DNA of 64,000 nucleotides, taken from Malacoraja senta. Lineage: Eukaryota. Below, piece after piece: positions 63,565 through 64,000 of this stretch; the stretch's first letter is position 1, and every line of letters begins with the position of its first letter. Under the pieces are notes generated by a model that had not been told where the DNA came from, searched no databases, and saw only the letters and a program-made list of their open reading frames with translations. Location: NCBI GenBank assembly GCA_038087875.1, contig CM075987.1, positions 23,438,001 through 23,502,000 on the forward strand, given 5' to 3'. The translations under genes and the position numbers were made by a program.

Positions 63565-64000
63565 CTGCAAGAGAGGAAGGGTCACACAATTACCGCCAAA
63601 TGTTCTCGCACTGCTGGGGGTTCGAAATGGGCGACGCGTGGAGCTCTGCATCATGGGAAGGTGGAGAGCCACCTGTGGTCACCGTGGACTCAAGTGTAAC
63701 CACAACTGCATTGCCGTGCTGTATGCACGTGGTGGCTGGTTACAACCATCTTTATTGAGTTCCAACAGCAGGTTGAAGATCGCATATGTGAATTATTCCG
63801 ACTAAATGCCTGGGGCCCAAGTGTGGGGAAAAGTCTTAAGAATGTTCTCAAGTTTATTTTTCGGCTCAGCCCACATTGAGTGTAATAGACAATAGGTGCA
63901 GGAGTAGGCCATTTGGCCCTTCGAGCCAGCACCGCCATTCAATGTGATCATGGCTGATCATCCCCAATCAGTACCCCGTTCCTGCCTTCTCCCATATCCC

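Overview
Repeat-rich vertebrate genomic DNA, most likely from an elasmobranch (skate/ray). This inference rests on the HE1/V-SINE-type tRNA SINEs, CR1 tails and Penelope elements. Only two protein-coding genes are supported. (1) Six + strand exons (1-13113) of a clade-B fibrillar procollagen (type V/XI alpha chain, COL5A1/COL5A3-like), covering the acidic N-propeptide variable region and the start of the minor triple helix. (2) The last two coding exons of a retinoid X receptor on the - strand (63564-63459, 60359-60212), with a probable ~3.9 kb 3'UTR. The collagen exon series stops just before a 200-N gap (14421-14620) and never resumes, while RXR points towards it, which suggests a mis-oriented contig. 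The rest is CR1, Rex1/Babar and L2 LINE fragments, about 18 SINEs, two IR/DR Tc1 elements, three Harbinger-like MITEs, Penelope elements with hammerhead-ribozyme cores and fold-back derivatives, a tRNA-Val pseudogene, and mini/microsatellites. I found no convincing wholly new system. The best leads are the paralog identity of this RXR-collagen pair and the hammerhead-bearing palindromic Penelope mini-elements. Exon, TSD and TIR coordinates were counted by hand. Interspersed-repeat boundaries are approximate, and family names come from recalled motifs, not database searches.
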